Origin: Macrostomum lignano
Lineage: Eukaryota
Direction of reading: 5' to 3'
Assembly (NCBI GenBank): GCA_002269645.1
Contig: NIVC01002457.1
Location: 43,693 to 107,692, forward strand
DNA length: 64,000 nucleotides
Below, one piece after another: positions 14,101 to 25,574 of this stretch; the stretch's first letter is position 1; every line of letters begins with the position of its first letter. The translations under genes and the position numbers were made by a program. The notes under the pieces are model-generated. The model did no database searches. It saw only the letters and a program-made list of their open reading frames with translations, and was not told the origin of the DNA.

Positions 14101-16247
14101 TCACGTGTTGCGTCCCGCCCTACAGCCAAGAGTCGCCTGGGCTAGGCAGTGGAGGCATGCGCGCTGCTCCATCTGCGGATTTTTCTGTCATGAGAGCGAT
14201 GAAGAGAACTTCGATTCTAGATCAACGGACGTACGCCGACGTTGTGAGACAAAGTCCCTCGGAGCGACCTAATCCTGACGCCGACAAGACGGTGCCGTGT
14301 GATCGACCTGGAGCCATTAAAGCGGAGACTGCGGGAGTCATGACCCCTCAGCCATGCCGCGCTGTGCTCACTGATTTTCTGAAGCTGCCGATGACTCGCC
14401 AACAGTTCGTTGACGCCCAACGCGCTGACCGAGCCATCAGCTACGTGCTCAACCTGGTCGAGAACGAAGCCCCGAAGCCTGAGTTCGACGCCCGGTTGCG
14501 ACTGACTAAGGAGCAGCGGAATCTGCTCGGATACTACGAGAACCTGCAGGAGGACAACGGCCTGCTGCTGATTGATCTGACTGATGGCCAGCAGCCGCCA
14601 AAGGTTGTTCTGCCTGAGGCCCTTGACGCCCAGGTGCTCCAGGAGCTCCACAGTTCGCCACTGTGTGGACACCTCGGCGAGACGAAGACGTTACTGCGGC
14701 TACGAGAACGGTTCTGGAGACCCGGATTAGCCCGTGCTACCAAGACCTTCATCAGTAAGTGCCGCACTTGCCTTGAAAGTAAATCGCGACGGCGAGAGAG
14801 AGTTCCGGTCCAGAGCTTCCCAGTTTGCGAAGTTCTGGGTAGAATCCACTGTGATGTAGTAGGACCAATCGCGCAGAAGAGCAAGAGCGGCAACCGCTAC
14901 ATCCTGACTTGTGCGATGCGACGTCGAAGTATCCATTCGCCTACCCGATGAGAAACCAGAAAGCCAAAACAGTCATCAAGCTTCTGCAGGAGCGCTTCAT
15001 CCCGAGTTCGGTGTACCATGCTGGATCCACACTGACCAAGGCACCAACTTCACCGGCTCAGCCTTCAAGAAGTTCTGCGACCTGTTTGGCATTCGGCATA
15101 CGACAACAACACCGTACAATCCAGCTTCCAACGGACAAGTCGAGAACCTCAACAAACAGCTGAAGAGTGTCCTCACCTGTCTGCTCGAGCGCAACCACAA
15201 CGACTGGGACACCTTCCTCCCGGCCTGTCTGATGGCTCTCCGCTCCAGCGTGCACCCGGTGACCGGCTTCACGCCTCACTACCTGGTGTTCGGCCGTGAT
15301 TTCCGACTCCCGATCGACAACGCGCTGAAGAAGCTGCCCGAGTACGCCGACCTGCCCGACTACGTCAAGGACTTCCAACGTCGCCTGGACGAGGCGACTG
15401 AGCTAGCCAAGGAGCGCCTGCATCTGCACCAGCAACTACGAGACGAGCACTATTCGAACCTGCCCGCCGCCAAGAAGCTTCAACCCGGTGATCTGGTCTT
15501 CCTCAACAACCCGGTACTCGAACCGGATGAGGCGGCGAAGTTTCATCGACCTCGCAAAGCGCTGTACGAAGTCGTCGAGCCCAAGGGCGAGGTCGTCTAC
15601 AAGATTCGACGGAGACTGCCTAACCCGAGAGCTAGACGAGACGAACTAGTCGTCCATCGCCGGAACCTTCTGCTCGTGCCTGACGCTGACTACACGAGAA
15701 CTTCGGACCCTGAAGTCGACAAACCGAAGAAACGCCGGCGGCCGCCCGACGTCCCCGACGGCGCAGGACCCGCGACCCTGACGCCAATCCCGAGGACGAC
15801 CAGGACGACCCCGACGATGACGATGATGACGGCTACGACGCAAGGCCGGCCTTCCGATGGCACTTCCGGCCTTTGGCGATCCCGGAGGTGCAGCCAGGAG
15901 GTGGACCGGTCACGACACCAGCGAACCAGGCAAGTGCACTTCGGCGTGAGCCAGTGCCGTATGGTGAATGTCATTTGCATGAGCCTGTTCTTGATGCGTC
16001 TATGCCTTCTGTTTCTGTACCGTTCGTTTCTGCTCCCGCCCTTCGTGATGCTTCTTCTGTGGTCCAGACCCCTGGGCCGTCGTTGTGCACCACTCCGGTG
16101 GAAGCGACTGTAGAATCGGTAGATGCCGGTAGGCCGGCTAGGAACCGTAGGCAGCCTGAGAGGCTGGTTATTAATCCTAGGGCCAAGACTTATGTTAGTC
16201 GCACTGCCCGCAGCTGCGTGCACCGATCAACCCAACGCAGCGATTAA
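10958..16247 (+). CDS. pol: Retrotransposon Pol (protease, RT, RNase H, integrase), interrupted by multiple 1-bp frameshifts in this sequence
   Basis: Protease LLDSGS (~11215); RT YSSLDLAQGFWQI, LPMGL, YMDD; RNase H LDTDASD ... NADALSR; integrase HHCC (HSSPLCGH...CRTC), IHCDVVGP, IHTDQGTNF, GQVE. Spread over at least 9 track ORFs. Confidence 0.93.
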
Positions 16248-16782
16248 CTCTGACTCTGTGGACTTGGTGCTGACAGGCACCCTCTGATTTCTCCCTGCTC
16301 TACTTTATGTGGCGCCTCAATAGCGGGCCAGCGCCCCCGCAATGCGTACTCGTTTATCTTCCCGTGAACTGTTGTTCTGATGCAGTTCTGCATCCCCCTT
16401 CTCCCCAGTGACGGGCTCTACCGGCTTACTATGGTATCCCGTATATTTAGGCGCCCATTTTCCGGGCCGGCGCCCCCGAACCGCTGTCGGACTGATGTCC
16501 TGATTCTGCGTACGCCCGAGGGACTTGCCAGCCCCTCCGATTTTATTATTTTCTAGGGCTCTGCCTTGGCGTGGGCAACCCACTGCATGGTGCTATTCGC
16601 GCTTTGCCATTTCGGGCCACAATCCTGACCTTGGCCCAGCCGTGTAATAATTGGTATGCCTTGTGACACTGTCATCCTTTTGCCAGGCATTTGTAATAAT
16701 TTTATTTAGTAAAATCACTATTTTGTTTATTAAATAAAGCGCGCTTCGCTTTCACTCCGCCTCTTCATTTGAACGGGGAGAG

Positions 16783-17777
16783 TGTAGTGATCCGCTAGTT
16801 GATGTTAGGCGTCCCACTTTGTCAGCAGTCTCCCTCGCCCTCGCCCTGGGTTGCTGTCTGCCGCTGGTCAGCTTCCCACCCCCTTGGCCCGTCTGTTGCT
16901 GCCCTTGGCCTGTTCTGCCTTTCTGCGTCTCTGTTCTCAGCCCTCAGCTTCTCTGCTGTGGGCTGTCTCTGTTTCGTTCCCGTCCCGTTTTCCTCTGTCA
17001 TGTGAGCAAGTCACATGACAGACTCTGCGTTCTTCGAGTCCTAAAGTGCAGTAAACATGTTTACTGCACTCGTTGGCCCTGTTTACCGGGAGAATCACGT
17101 GCTTTCGGAACCCTCCCTTCTCTAAGGAGAGGAGTGACTCATGTTGCTAAAAATAGCAACTGAGTCACAGCCGCGTGTACTCTGGCCGGAGACCTCAAGT
17201 GACGTCAGTTCTAAAAATAGAACGAGTCACGAGGTCTTGCGCGCACTGAGACCCTGCCTCGAGATCTCAAGTGACGTCAGTTCTAAAAATAGAACAAGTC
17301 ACGAGGTCTTGTGCGTGGGTGTTTCCCGGCTATAAATAGGACCCCTCTCCCCTTGTTTCCGTCAAGGATTTTGGCTTCTTATCTGCGGAGAATTCACTAA
17401 GAACCCGTGTGCGTCAGTGTCTAACTAAGTGCCCTTTGCGTACTGAATCCGTTTGTACTGGTCTGACTGAGACCCCACTAAAGCCCAAGCCTAAGGGAGG
17501 CTAACACTGCCTTCCTAGCCACCCCTGAGCCCGGCGGGGATCTGCTGATCAGGACGCCTTGTTCATTAATCTGCAAATCTGCACACTGTGCTGAGTTCGT
17601 TGACTTGTTTATTTCGTTCCGACGGGAAGCTCACCTCATCGAAGGCCGAGACCTGAAGGAACTGGTGGCAGCACTACCTACGCTACTGAGAGAGTTGAGA
17701 GAACTTCCCACTGAAGAGGCTCAAGATTAAGGTAATCCACAAGGGCCTAAACCGGGAAGAAAACCCCAAGTATTTCA
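16783..17777 (+). repeat. 3' LTR
   Basis: Copy of 8845-9840, preceded by a polypurine tract and followed by the TCTG TSD. Confidence 0.96.
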
Positions 17778-18461
17778 TCTGGATAAAAGCGCTTACCGCG
17801 CCCATTGGCTTTCCAGCTGCCTTAATCGTTTCCGGTGATCTTGTGTGCGTGCTTTCAGCTTGATTGGCTGCGGCAAGCAAGCTCGAAAGAGCTCGCTTCG
17901 CTCGCTCTTTCTCGCTATCTACTATCTATCTATCTATCTATCTATCGCCTCAGAAAAGTCAGTCTCAGAAAAGGTTGACTTAAATGAGGAGTGTCTGTCA
18001 CAATTTATGACGGTCTTTACGTTTTATACTTTACTTTTGCTTTGCAGTGTAATCACAACGCGAATTACAGAAACAACAACAAAAAATAATTTGAATATAC
18101 CGTGACTTCTATCAAAGAAAAAGTAAATTAATAAAACAAATTTTAGAAACTTTCGAGAGTTTTTAGCGCAAATCTAAATTCAGATCCAAATCTTCCGAAG
18201 TGAATACAAGGAACTCTCAGCTGCTTCCATGCTCTGCATCAAAACGAACGCCTTGCCATCTTTGTCTGCGGTAGTAGTGCAAAAAATTAAATTAAGTTCA
18301 ACGATATAAGAGAGGATAGAGATGCGGGCACAGGGACTGTAAAAAAGAAGCAGATTAGCTCTTACTTATAGTACAACAAAACAGTCAAACCAGTTGGATT
18401 ATGTACATAAAAACTGCAAAACTGTCAGTTCGATAAGCTCGATTTGGTTCGGTTATTCGAA

Positions 18462-21400
18462 TCAGGCGCTGCTCTCAGATGAAGCCACTGGCGCTGCGGC
18501 GGATTCTGCGGCGGCCGCCGCCGGGGCGGACAAGTGGGCGGATCCCGGGGCGGATGAAGAGGCGGACGCCACGTCCATTGTGTCGGCTCCGTACCACCTA
18601 TGGGCTTTGGTGTTCATTCTGGATAAGACGGTCTGGCTGGCTTCGAAAGCGGCAACGATTTCTTCTTTCCATTGCTCGGCCAGGACTCGGTCCTGATTGA
18701 GGTGTTCAAAACTTTTCGTGAGCGCTCGTTTTTTGAAAATTTGCTCCTCTATGATCATTATTCTATAGCCTATGGGTCTTTGTGTACGGGGCCGGTGTGT
18801 AAAGGAGTGACTCTGGGGTTGGGGGGTCGGTGTGTACAGGAGTGACTCTGGGGTTGGGGGGTCGGTGTGTACAGGAGTGACTCTGGGGTTGGGGGGTCGG
18901 TGTGTACAGGAGTGACTCTGGGGTTGGGGGGTCGGTGTGTACAGGAGTGACTCTGGGGTTGGGGGGTCGGTGTGTACAGGAGTGACTCTGGGGTTGGGGG
19001 GTCGGTGTGTACAGGAGTGACTCTGGGGTTGGGGGGTCGGTGTGTACAGGAGTGACTATGGGGTTGGGTGGTCGGTGTGTACAGGAGTGACTATGGGGTT
19101 GGGTGGTCGGTGTGAAAAGGAGTGACTATGGGGTTGGGGGGGGTTCGGTGTGTACAGGAGTGACTCTGGGGTTGGGGGTGTACAAGAGTGACTATGGGTT
19201 GGGTGTGTACAGGAGTGACTCTGGGTTGGGGGTGTACAGGAGTGACTATGGCATTGGTGGTGTACAGGAGTGATTATGGCATTGAGGTGTACAGGAGTGA
19301 TTATGGCATTGAGGTGTACAGGAGTGATTATGGCATTGAGGTGTACAGGAGTGATTATGGCATTGGGGTGTACAGGAGTGATTATGGCATTGGGGTGTAC
19401 AGGAGTGACTATGGGTTGGGGGTGTACAGTAGTGACTACATGAGTTAGGGGTTGGGGGTTCGGTGTGTACGGGAGTGACTGCAGTGGTGAGTAACGTACA
19501 GCCACCTCGCCTCCCTGTCGATAAACCAAGCAGCCAGAGCCCCCGTACCGTGCAAGTCAGGTAGACCCGCTGATCCGTCTTCAAGCTGATGAGGATGCAA
19601 TTCTCGTGCTTGCCAAACTTTTGAAATTCTCTGCTGACTTCGCGAATGTCAAACATGGCCAGCAGTTCAACGGCCGGCTTGCGCTGCAGGCCGGGCTTGC
19701 AGTGCATCTCCAGGCGGTTGGGGAACAGCCTCAGGTAGCGCTTCTGGCTGGCCTGAAAGTGGCCACCAAGGCGGAGTACTTCGCCCTCAACGATACAGTC
19801 GGAGCTTGCCGCGGCGGCGTCGCTAGCCGACGCGCCCGGAGCGACATCCGCCGACGATTCGATTGGCCATTTCGTTCGTCGAGCTTCAATTTTATCCTCC
19901 TCGAGGTTCACCGCCTCGAAGACGGTGTCGGCTACCTCTAGCTGCCAGCGCTCAGAAACGGTCAGGTTAAAGTTGCGGTACAACTGCTGGTCCACGTCTG
20001 TGAGCTTGATGCCTGCCGGTGACAGATGGTGACAGGTGTGCGGTCCGGGGGAGTCACAAATACTGGGAGAGTAAGGAAAGTGAAAAGAGTGACAGTAGAG
20101 TGACTATAGAGTGAGGGAAGGAACACGAGTGACAGTTGAGTGATTAGAGAGTGAGGGAAGGAACAAGAGTGACAGTTGAGTGATTAGAGAGTGAGGGAAG
20201 GAACAAGAGTGACAGTTGAGTGATTAGAGAGTGAGGGAAGGAACAAGAGTGACAGTTGAGTGATTAGAGAGTGAGGGAAGGAACAAGAGTGACAGTTGAG
20301 TGATTAGAGAGTGAGGGAAGGAACAAGAGTGACAGTTGAGTGATTAGAGAGTGAGGGAAGGAACAAGAGTGACAGTTGAGTGATTAGAGAGTGAGGGAAG
20401 GAACAAGAGTGACAGTTGAGTGATTAGAGAGTGAGGGAAGGAACAAGAGTGACAGTTGAGTGATTAGAGAGTGAGGGAAGGAACAAGAGTGACAGTTGAG
20501 TAATTAGAGAGTGAGGGAAGGAACAAGAGTGACAGTTGAGTGATTAGAGAGTGAGGGAAGGAACACGAGTGACAGTTGAGTGATTAGAGAGTGAGGGAAG
20601 GAACAAGAGTGACAGTTGAGTGATTAGAGAGTGAGGGAAGGAACAAGAGTGACAGTTGAGTGATTAGAGAGTGAGGGAAGGAACAAGAGTGACAGTTGAG
20701 TGATTAGAGAGTGAGGGAAGGAACAAGAGTGACAGTTGAGTGATTAGAGAGTGAGGGAAGGAACAAGAGTGACAGTTGAGTGATTAGAGAGTGAGGGAAG
20801 GAACAAGAGTGACAGTTGAGTGATTAGAGAGTGAGGGAAGGAACAAGAGTGACAGTTGAGTGATTAGAGAGTGAGGGAAGGAACAAGAGTGACAGTTGAG
20901 TGATTAGAGAGTGAGGGAAGGAACACGAGTGACAGCTGAGTGATTAGAGAGTGAGGGAAGGAACACGAGTGACAGTTGAGTGATTAGAGAGTGAGGGAAG
21001 GAACACGAGTGACAGTTGAGTGATTAGAGAGTGAGGGAAGGAACAAGAGTGACAGTTGAGTGATTAGAGAGTGAGGGAAGGAACAAGAGTGACAGTTGAG
21101 TGATTAGAGAGTGAGGGAAGGAACAAGAGTGACAGTTGAGTGATTAGAGAGTGAGGGAAGGAACAAGAGTGACAGTTGAGTGATTAGAGAGTGAGGGAAG
21201 GAACAAGAGTGACAGTTGAGTGATTAGAGAGTGAGGGAAGGAACAAGAGTGACAGTTGAGTGATTAGAGAGTGAGGGAAGGAACAAGAGTGACAGTTGAG
21301 TGATTAGAGAGTGAGGGAAGGAACAAGAGTGACAGTTGAGTGATTAGAGAGTGAGGGAAGGAACAAGAGTGACAGTTGAGTGATTAGAGAGTGAGGGAAG

Positions 21401-24400
21401 GAACACGAGTGACAGTTGAGTGATTAGAGAGTGAGGGAAGGAACAAGAGTGACAGTTGAGTGATTAGAGAGTGAGGGAAGGAACAAGAGTGACAGTTGAG
21501 TGATTAGAGAGTGAGGGAAGGAACAAGAGTGACAGTTGAGTGATTAGAGAGTGAGGGAAGGAACAAGAGTGACAGTTGAGTGATTAGAGAGTGAGGGAAG
21601 GAACAAGAGTGACAGTTGAGTGATTAGAGAGTGAGGGAAGGAACAAGAGTGACAGTTGAGTGATTAGAGAGTGAGGGAAGGAACAAGAGTGACAGTTGAG
21701 TGATTAGAGAGTGAGGGAAGGAACAAGAGTGACAGTTGAGTGATTAGAGAGTGAGGGAAGGAACAAGAGTGACAGTTGAGTGATTAGAGAGTGAGGGAAG
21801 GAACAAGAGTGACAGTTGAGTGATTAGAGAGTGAGGGAAGGAACAAGAGTGACAGTTGAGTGATTAGAGAGTGAGGGAAGGAACAAGAGTGACAGTTGAG
21901 TGATTAGAGAGTGAGGGAAGGAACAAGAGTGACAGTTGAGTGATTAGAGAGTGAGGGAAGGAACAAGAGTGACAGTTGAGTGATTAGAGAGTGAGGGAAG
22001 GAACAAGAGTGACAGTTGAGTGATTAGAGAGTGAGGGAAGGAACAAGAGTGACAGTTGAGTGATTAGAGAGTGAGGGAAGGAACAAGAGTGACAGTTGAG
22101 TGATTAGAGAGTGAGGGAAGGAACAAGAGTGACAGTTGAGTGATTAGAGAGTGAGGGAAGGAACAAGAGTGACAGTTGAGTGATTAGAGAGTGAGGGAAG
22201 GAACAAGAGTGACAGTTGAGTGATTAGAGAGTGAGGGAAGGAACAAGAGTGACAGTTGAGTGATTAGAGAGTGAGGGAAGGAACAAGAGTGACAGTTGAG
22301 TGATTAGAGAGTGAGGGAAGGAACACGAGTGACAGTTGAGTGATTAGAGAGTGAGGGAAGGAACAAGAGTGACAGTTGAGTGATTAGAGAGTGAGGGAAG
22401 GAACAAGAGTGACAGTTGAGTGATTAGAGAGTGAGGGAAGGAACAAGAGTGACAGTTGAGTGATTAGAGAGTGAGGGAAGGAACAAGAGTGACAGTTGAG
22501 TGATTAGAGAGTGAGGGAAGGAACAAGAGTGATAGTTGAGTGATTAGAGAGTGAGGGAAGGAACAAGAGTGATAGTTGAGTGATTAGAGAGTGAGGGAAG
22601 GAACAAGAGTGACAGTTGAGTGATTAGAGAGTGAGGGAAGGAACAAGAGTGACAGTTGAGTGATTAGAGAGTGAGGGAAGGGACAAGAGTGACAGTAGAG
22701 TGACTATAGAGTGAGGGAAGGAACAAGAGTGACAGTTGAGTGATTAGAGAGTGAGGGAAGGAACACGAGTGACAGTTGAGTGATTAGAGAGTGAGGGAAG
22801 GAACAAGAGTGACAGTTGAGTGATTAGAGAGTGAGGGAAGGAACAAGAGTGACAGTTGAGTGATTAGAGAGTGAGGGAAGGAACAAGAGTGACAGTTGAG
22901 TGATTAGAGAGTGAGGGAAGGAACAAGAGTGACAGTTGAGTGATTAGAGAGTGAGGGAAGGAACAAGAGTGACAGTTGAGTGATTAGAGAGTGAGGGAAG
23001 GAACAAGAGTGACAGTTGAGTGATTAGAGAGTGAGGGAAGGAACAAGAGTGACAGTTGAGTGATTAGAGAGTGAGGGAAGGAACAAGAGTGACAGTTGAG
23101 TGATTAGAGAGTGAGGGAAGGAACAAGAGTGACAGTTGAGTGATTAGAGAGTGAGGGAAGGAACAAGAGTGACAGTTGAGTGATTAGAGAGTGAGGGAAG
23201 GAACAAGAGTGACAGTTGAGTGATTAGAGAGTGAGGGAAGGAACAAGAGTGACAGTTGAGTGATTAGAGAGTGAGGGAAGGAACAAGAGTGACAGTTGAG
23301 TGATTAGAGAGTGAGGGAAGGAACAAGAGTGACAGTTGAGTGATTAGAGAGTGAGGGAAGGAACAAGAGTGACAGTTGAGTGATTAGAGAGTGAGGGAAG
23401 GAACAAGAGTGACAGTTGAGTGATTAGAGAGTGAGGGAAGGAACAAGAGTGACAGTTGAGTGATTAGAGAGTGAGGGAAGGAACAAGAGTGACAGTTGAG
23501 TGATTAGAGAGTGAGGGAAGGAACAAGAGTGACAGTTGAGTGATTAGAGAGTGAGGGAAGGAACAAGAGTGACAGTTGAGTGATTAGAGAGTGAGGGAAG
23601 GAACAAGAGTGACAGTTGAGTGATTAGAGAGTGAGGGAAGGGACAGAGTGACAGTTGAGTGATTAGAGAGTGAGGGAAGGACAAGAGTGACAGTTGAGTG
23701 ATTAGAGAGTGAGGGAAGGAACAAGAGTGACAGTTGAGTGATTAGAGAGTGAGGGAAGGAACAAGAGTGACAGTTGAGTGATTAGAGAGTGAGGGAAGGA
23801 ACAAGAGTGACAGTTGAGTGATTAGAGAGTGAGGGAAGGAACAAGAGTGACAGTTGAGTGATTAGAGAGTGAGGGAAGGAACAAGAGTGACAGTTGAGTG
23901 ATTAGAGAGTGAGGGAAGGAACAAGAGTGACAGTTGAGTGATTAGAGAGTGAGGGAAGGAACAAGAGTGACAGTTGAGTGATTAGAGAGTGAGGGAAGGG
24001 ACACGAGCGACAATTAAGTGACAAGAGTGACAGTGGAGTGACAAGAGTGACAGTGGAGTGACAAGAGTGACAGTGGAGTGACAAGAGTGACAGTGGAGTG
24101 ACAAGAGTGACAGTGGAGTGACAAGAGTGACAGTGGAGTGACAAGAGTGACAGTGGAGTGACAAGAGTGACAGTGGAGTGACAAGAGTGACAGTGGAGTG
24201 ACAAGAGTGACAGTGGAGTGACAAGAGTGACAGTGGAGTGACAAGAGTGACAGTGGAGTGACAAGAGTGACAGTGGAGTGACAAGAGTGACAGTGGAGTG
24301 AGTGAGAAAGACATACGAGAGTCATGAAGTGGAGCAACAGGTGACAGAATGCTGATGTCCGGAGTTCGCCAACCTTTCGTCTCCTCGTCATCGAACGAGC

Positions 24401-25511
24401 CAATATCGAATGCGTCGTGCGCGTTGACCTCGCCTCTGGGCGGCACCAACGGCGTCGGATACTTCCGCTGCACAACCTGCGTCCAGTCGATGCCGTCGAA
24501 GAAGGCGTGCTCGCGCACCTCGGCAGCGCCGCGGCCTCGACAGCCCAACCGGTTTGCAACCTGCCGAGCCAGGAGGCCCTCTAGCAGGCTGCGAACCTCC
24601 GGCGAAGCCGTGTCGCCCAGATCGGCGCTCAGGTTCAGCGCGTGCCGGTCTTCGCTGTCAGCCTGGCGTTGGTCTCGCGACCTCTGCTGCTGCCTGTAGG
24701 GGCTCCGGCCGCAGAGCAGTTTGTACAGCACGCAGCCGAAGCTGAACCAATCGGCAGAGCTGTCGTAGGCGACGCCCTTCTGCAGCACTTCAGGCGCCAT
24801 GTAGCCGTGCGTGCCGACGCTGGCGTGGGGCTTCTTGCGCGAATAGTCGCAGGCGAGGCCGAGGTCGCTGATGCGCACGTGACCGTTCTCGTCTAGCAGG
24901 ATGTTGGCCGGCTGCGGGGTGGGCGGGACACTCAAATTGTCACTGATAGTCAAATTGTCACTGATAGTCAAATTGTCACTGATAGTCAAATTGTCACTGA
25001 CAGACAAATTGTCACTGACAGTCAAATTGTCACTGATAGTCAAATTGTCACTGACAGTCAAATTGTCACTGATAGTCAAATTGTCACTGACAGTCAAATT
25101 GTCACTGATAGTCAAATTGTCACTGACAGTCAAATTGTCACTGACAGTCAAATTTTCGTTACTAAACCCGCGATCAGTTTGTTATTCAATGTTTAGGACC
25201 GCGTAAGGTTCCGAATGAAAAGAATATGCGGGTACTTTCTGCTTTGAAACAAAGAAGAGTGCAGACAGAGGAAGCAGCAACTAAAGCTCCCCGGGGGGGG
25301 GGGAGGTTAGCTGCGACACGGAAACAAGCGGAGCAGGCAACCGGATCTTTGTCAATCATTCATGTAGTTAGAGAGAGACCCTGCTCTGGAGCAGCAATAA
25401 GTTGCTCTGCATAGGATTGGCGCCTCTAGAGGCCTAACGGAGATAAGCCCGAGTTGTTTGGAATTCTTTTGTGAGCTCTGCTTCCTATCCTGCCACTGAG
25501 TGCAGGGCTTC

Positions 25512-25574
<63 letters not shown>

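Larger units (their letters stand above)
8845..17777 (+). mobile_element. Full-length Ty3/gypsy (Metaviridae) LTR retrotransposon
   Basis: Two ~996-bp LTRs with TG...CA ends; 4-bp TSD TCTG at 8841-8844 and 17778-17781; PBS at 9842 and PPT (GAACGGGGAGAG) before 16783; domain order gag-PR-RT-RNaseH-INT. Confidence 0.97.

Noticed and set aside
16247-16782. Possible env-like third ORF in the retrotransposon
   Set aside because: Only about 530 bp, with no ORF bearing a signal peptide or TM segment.
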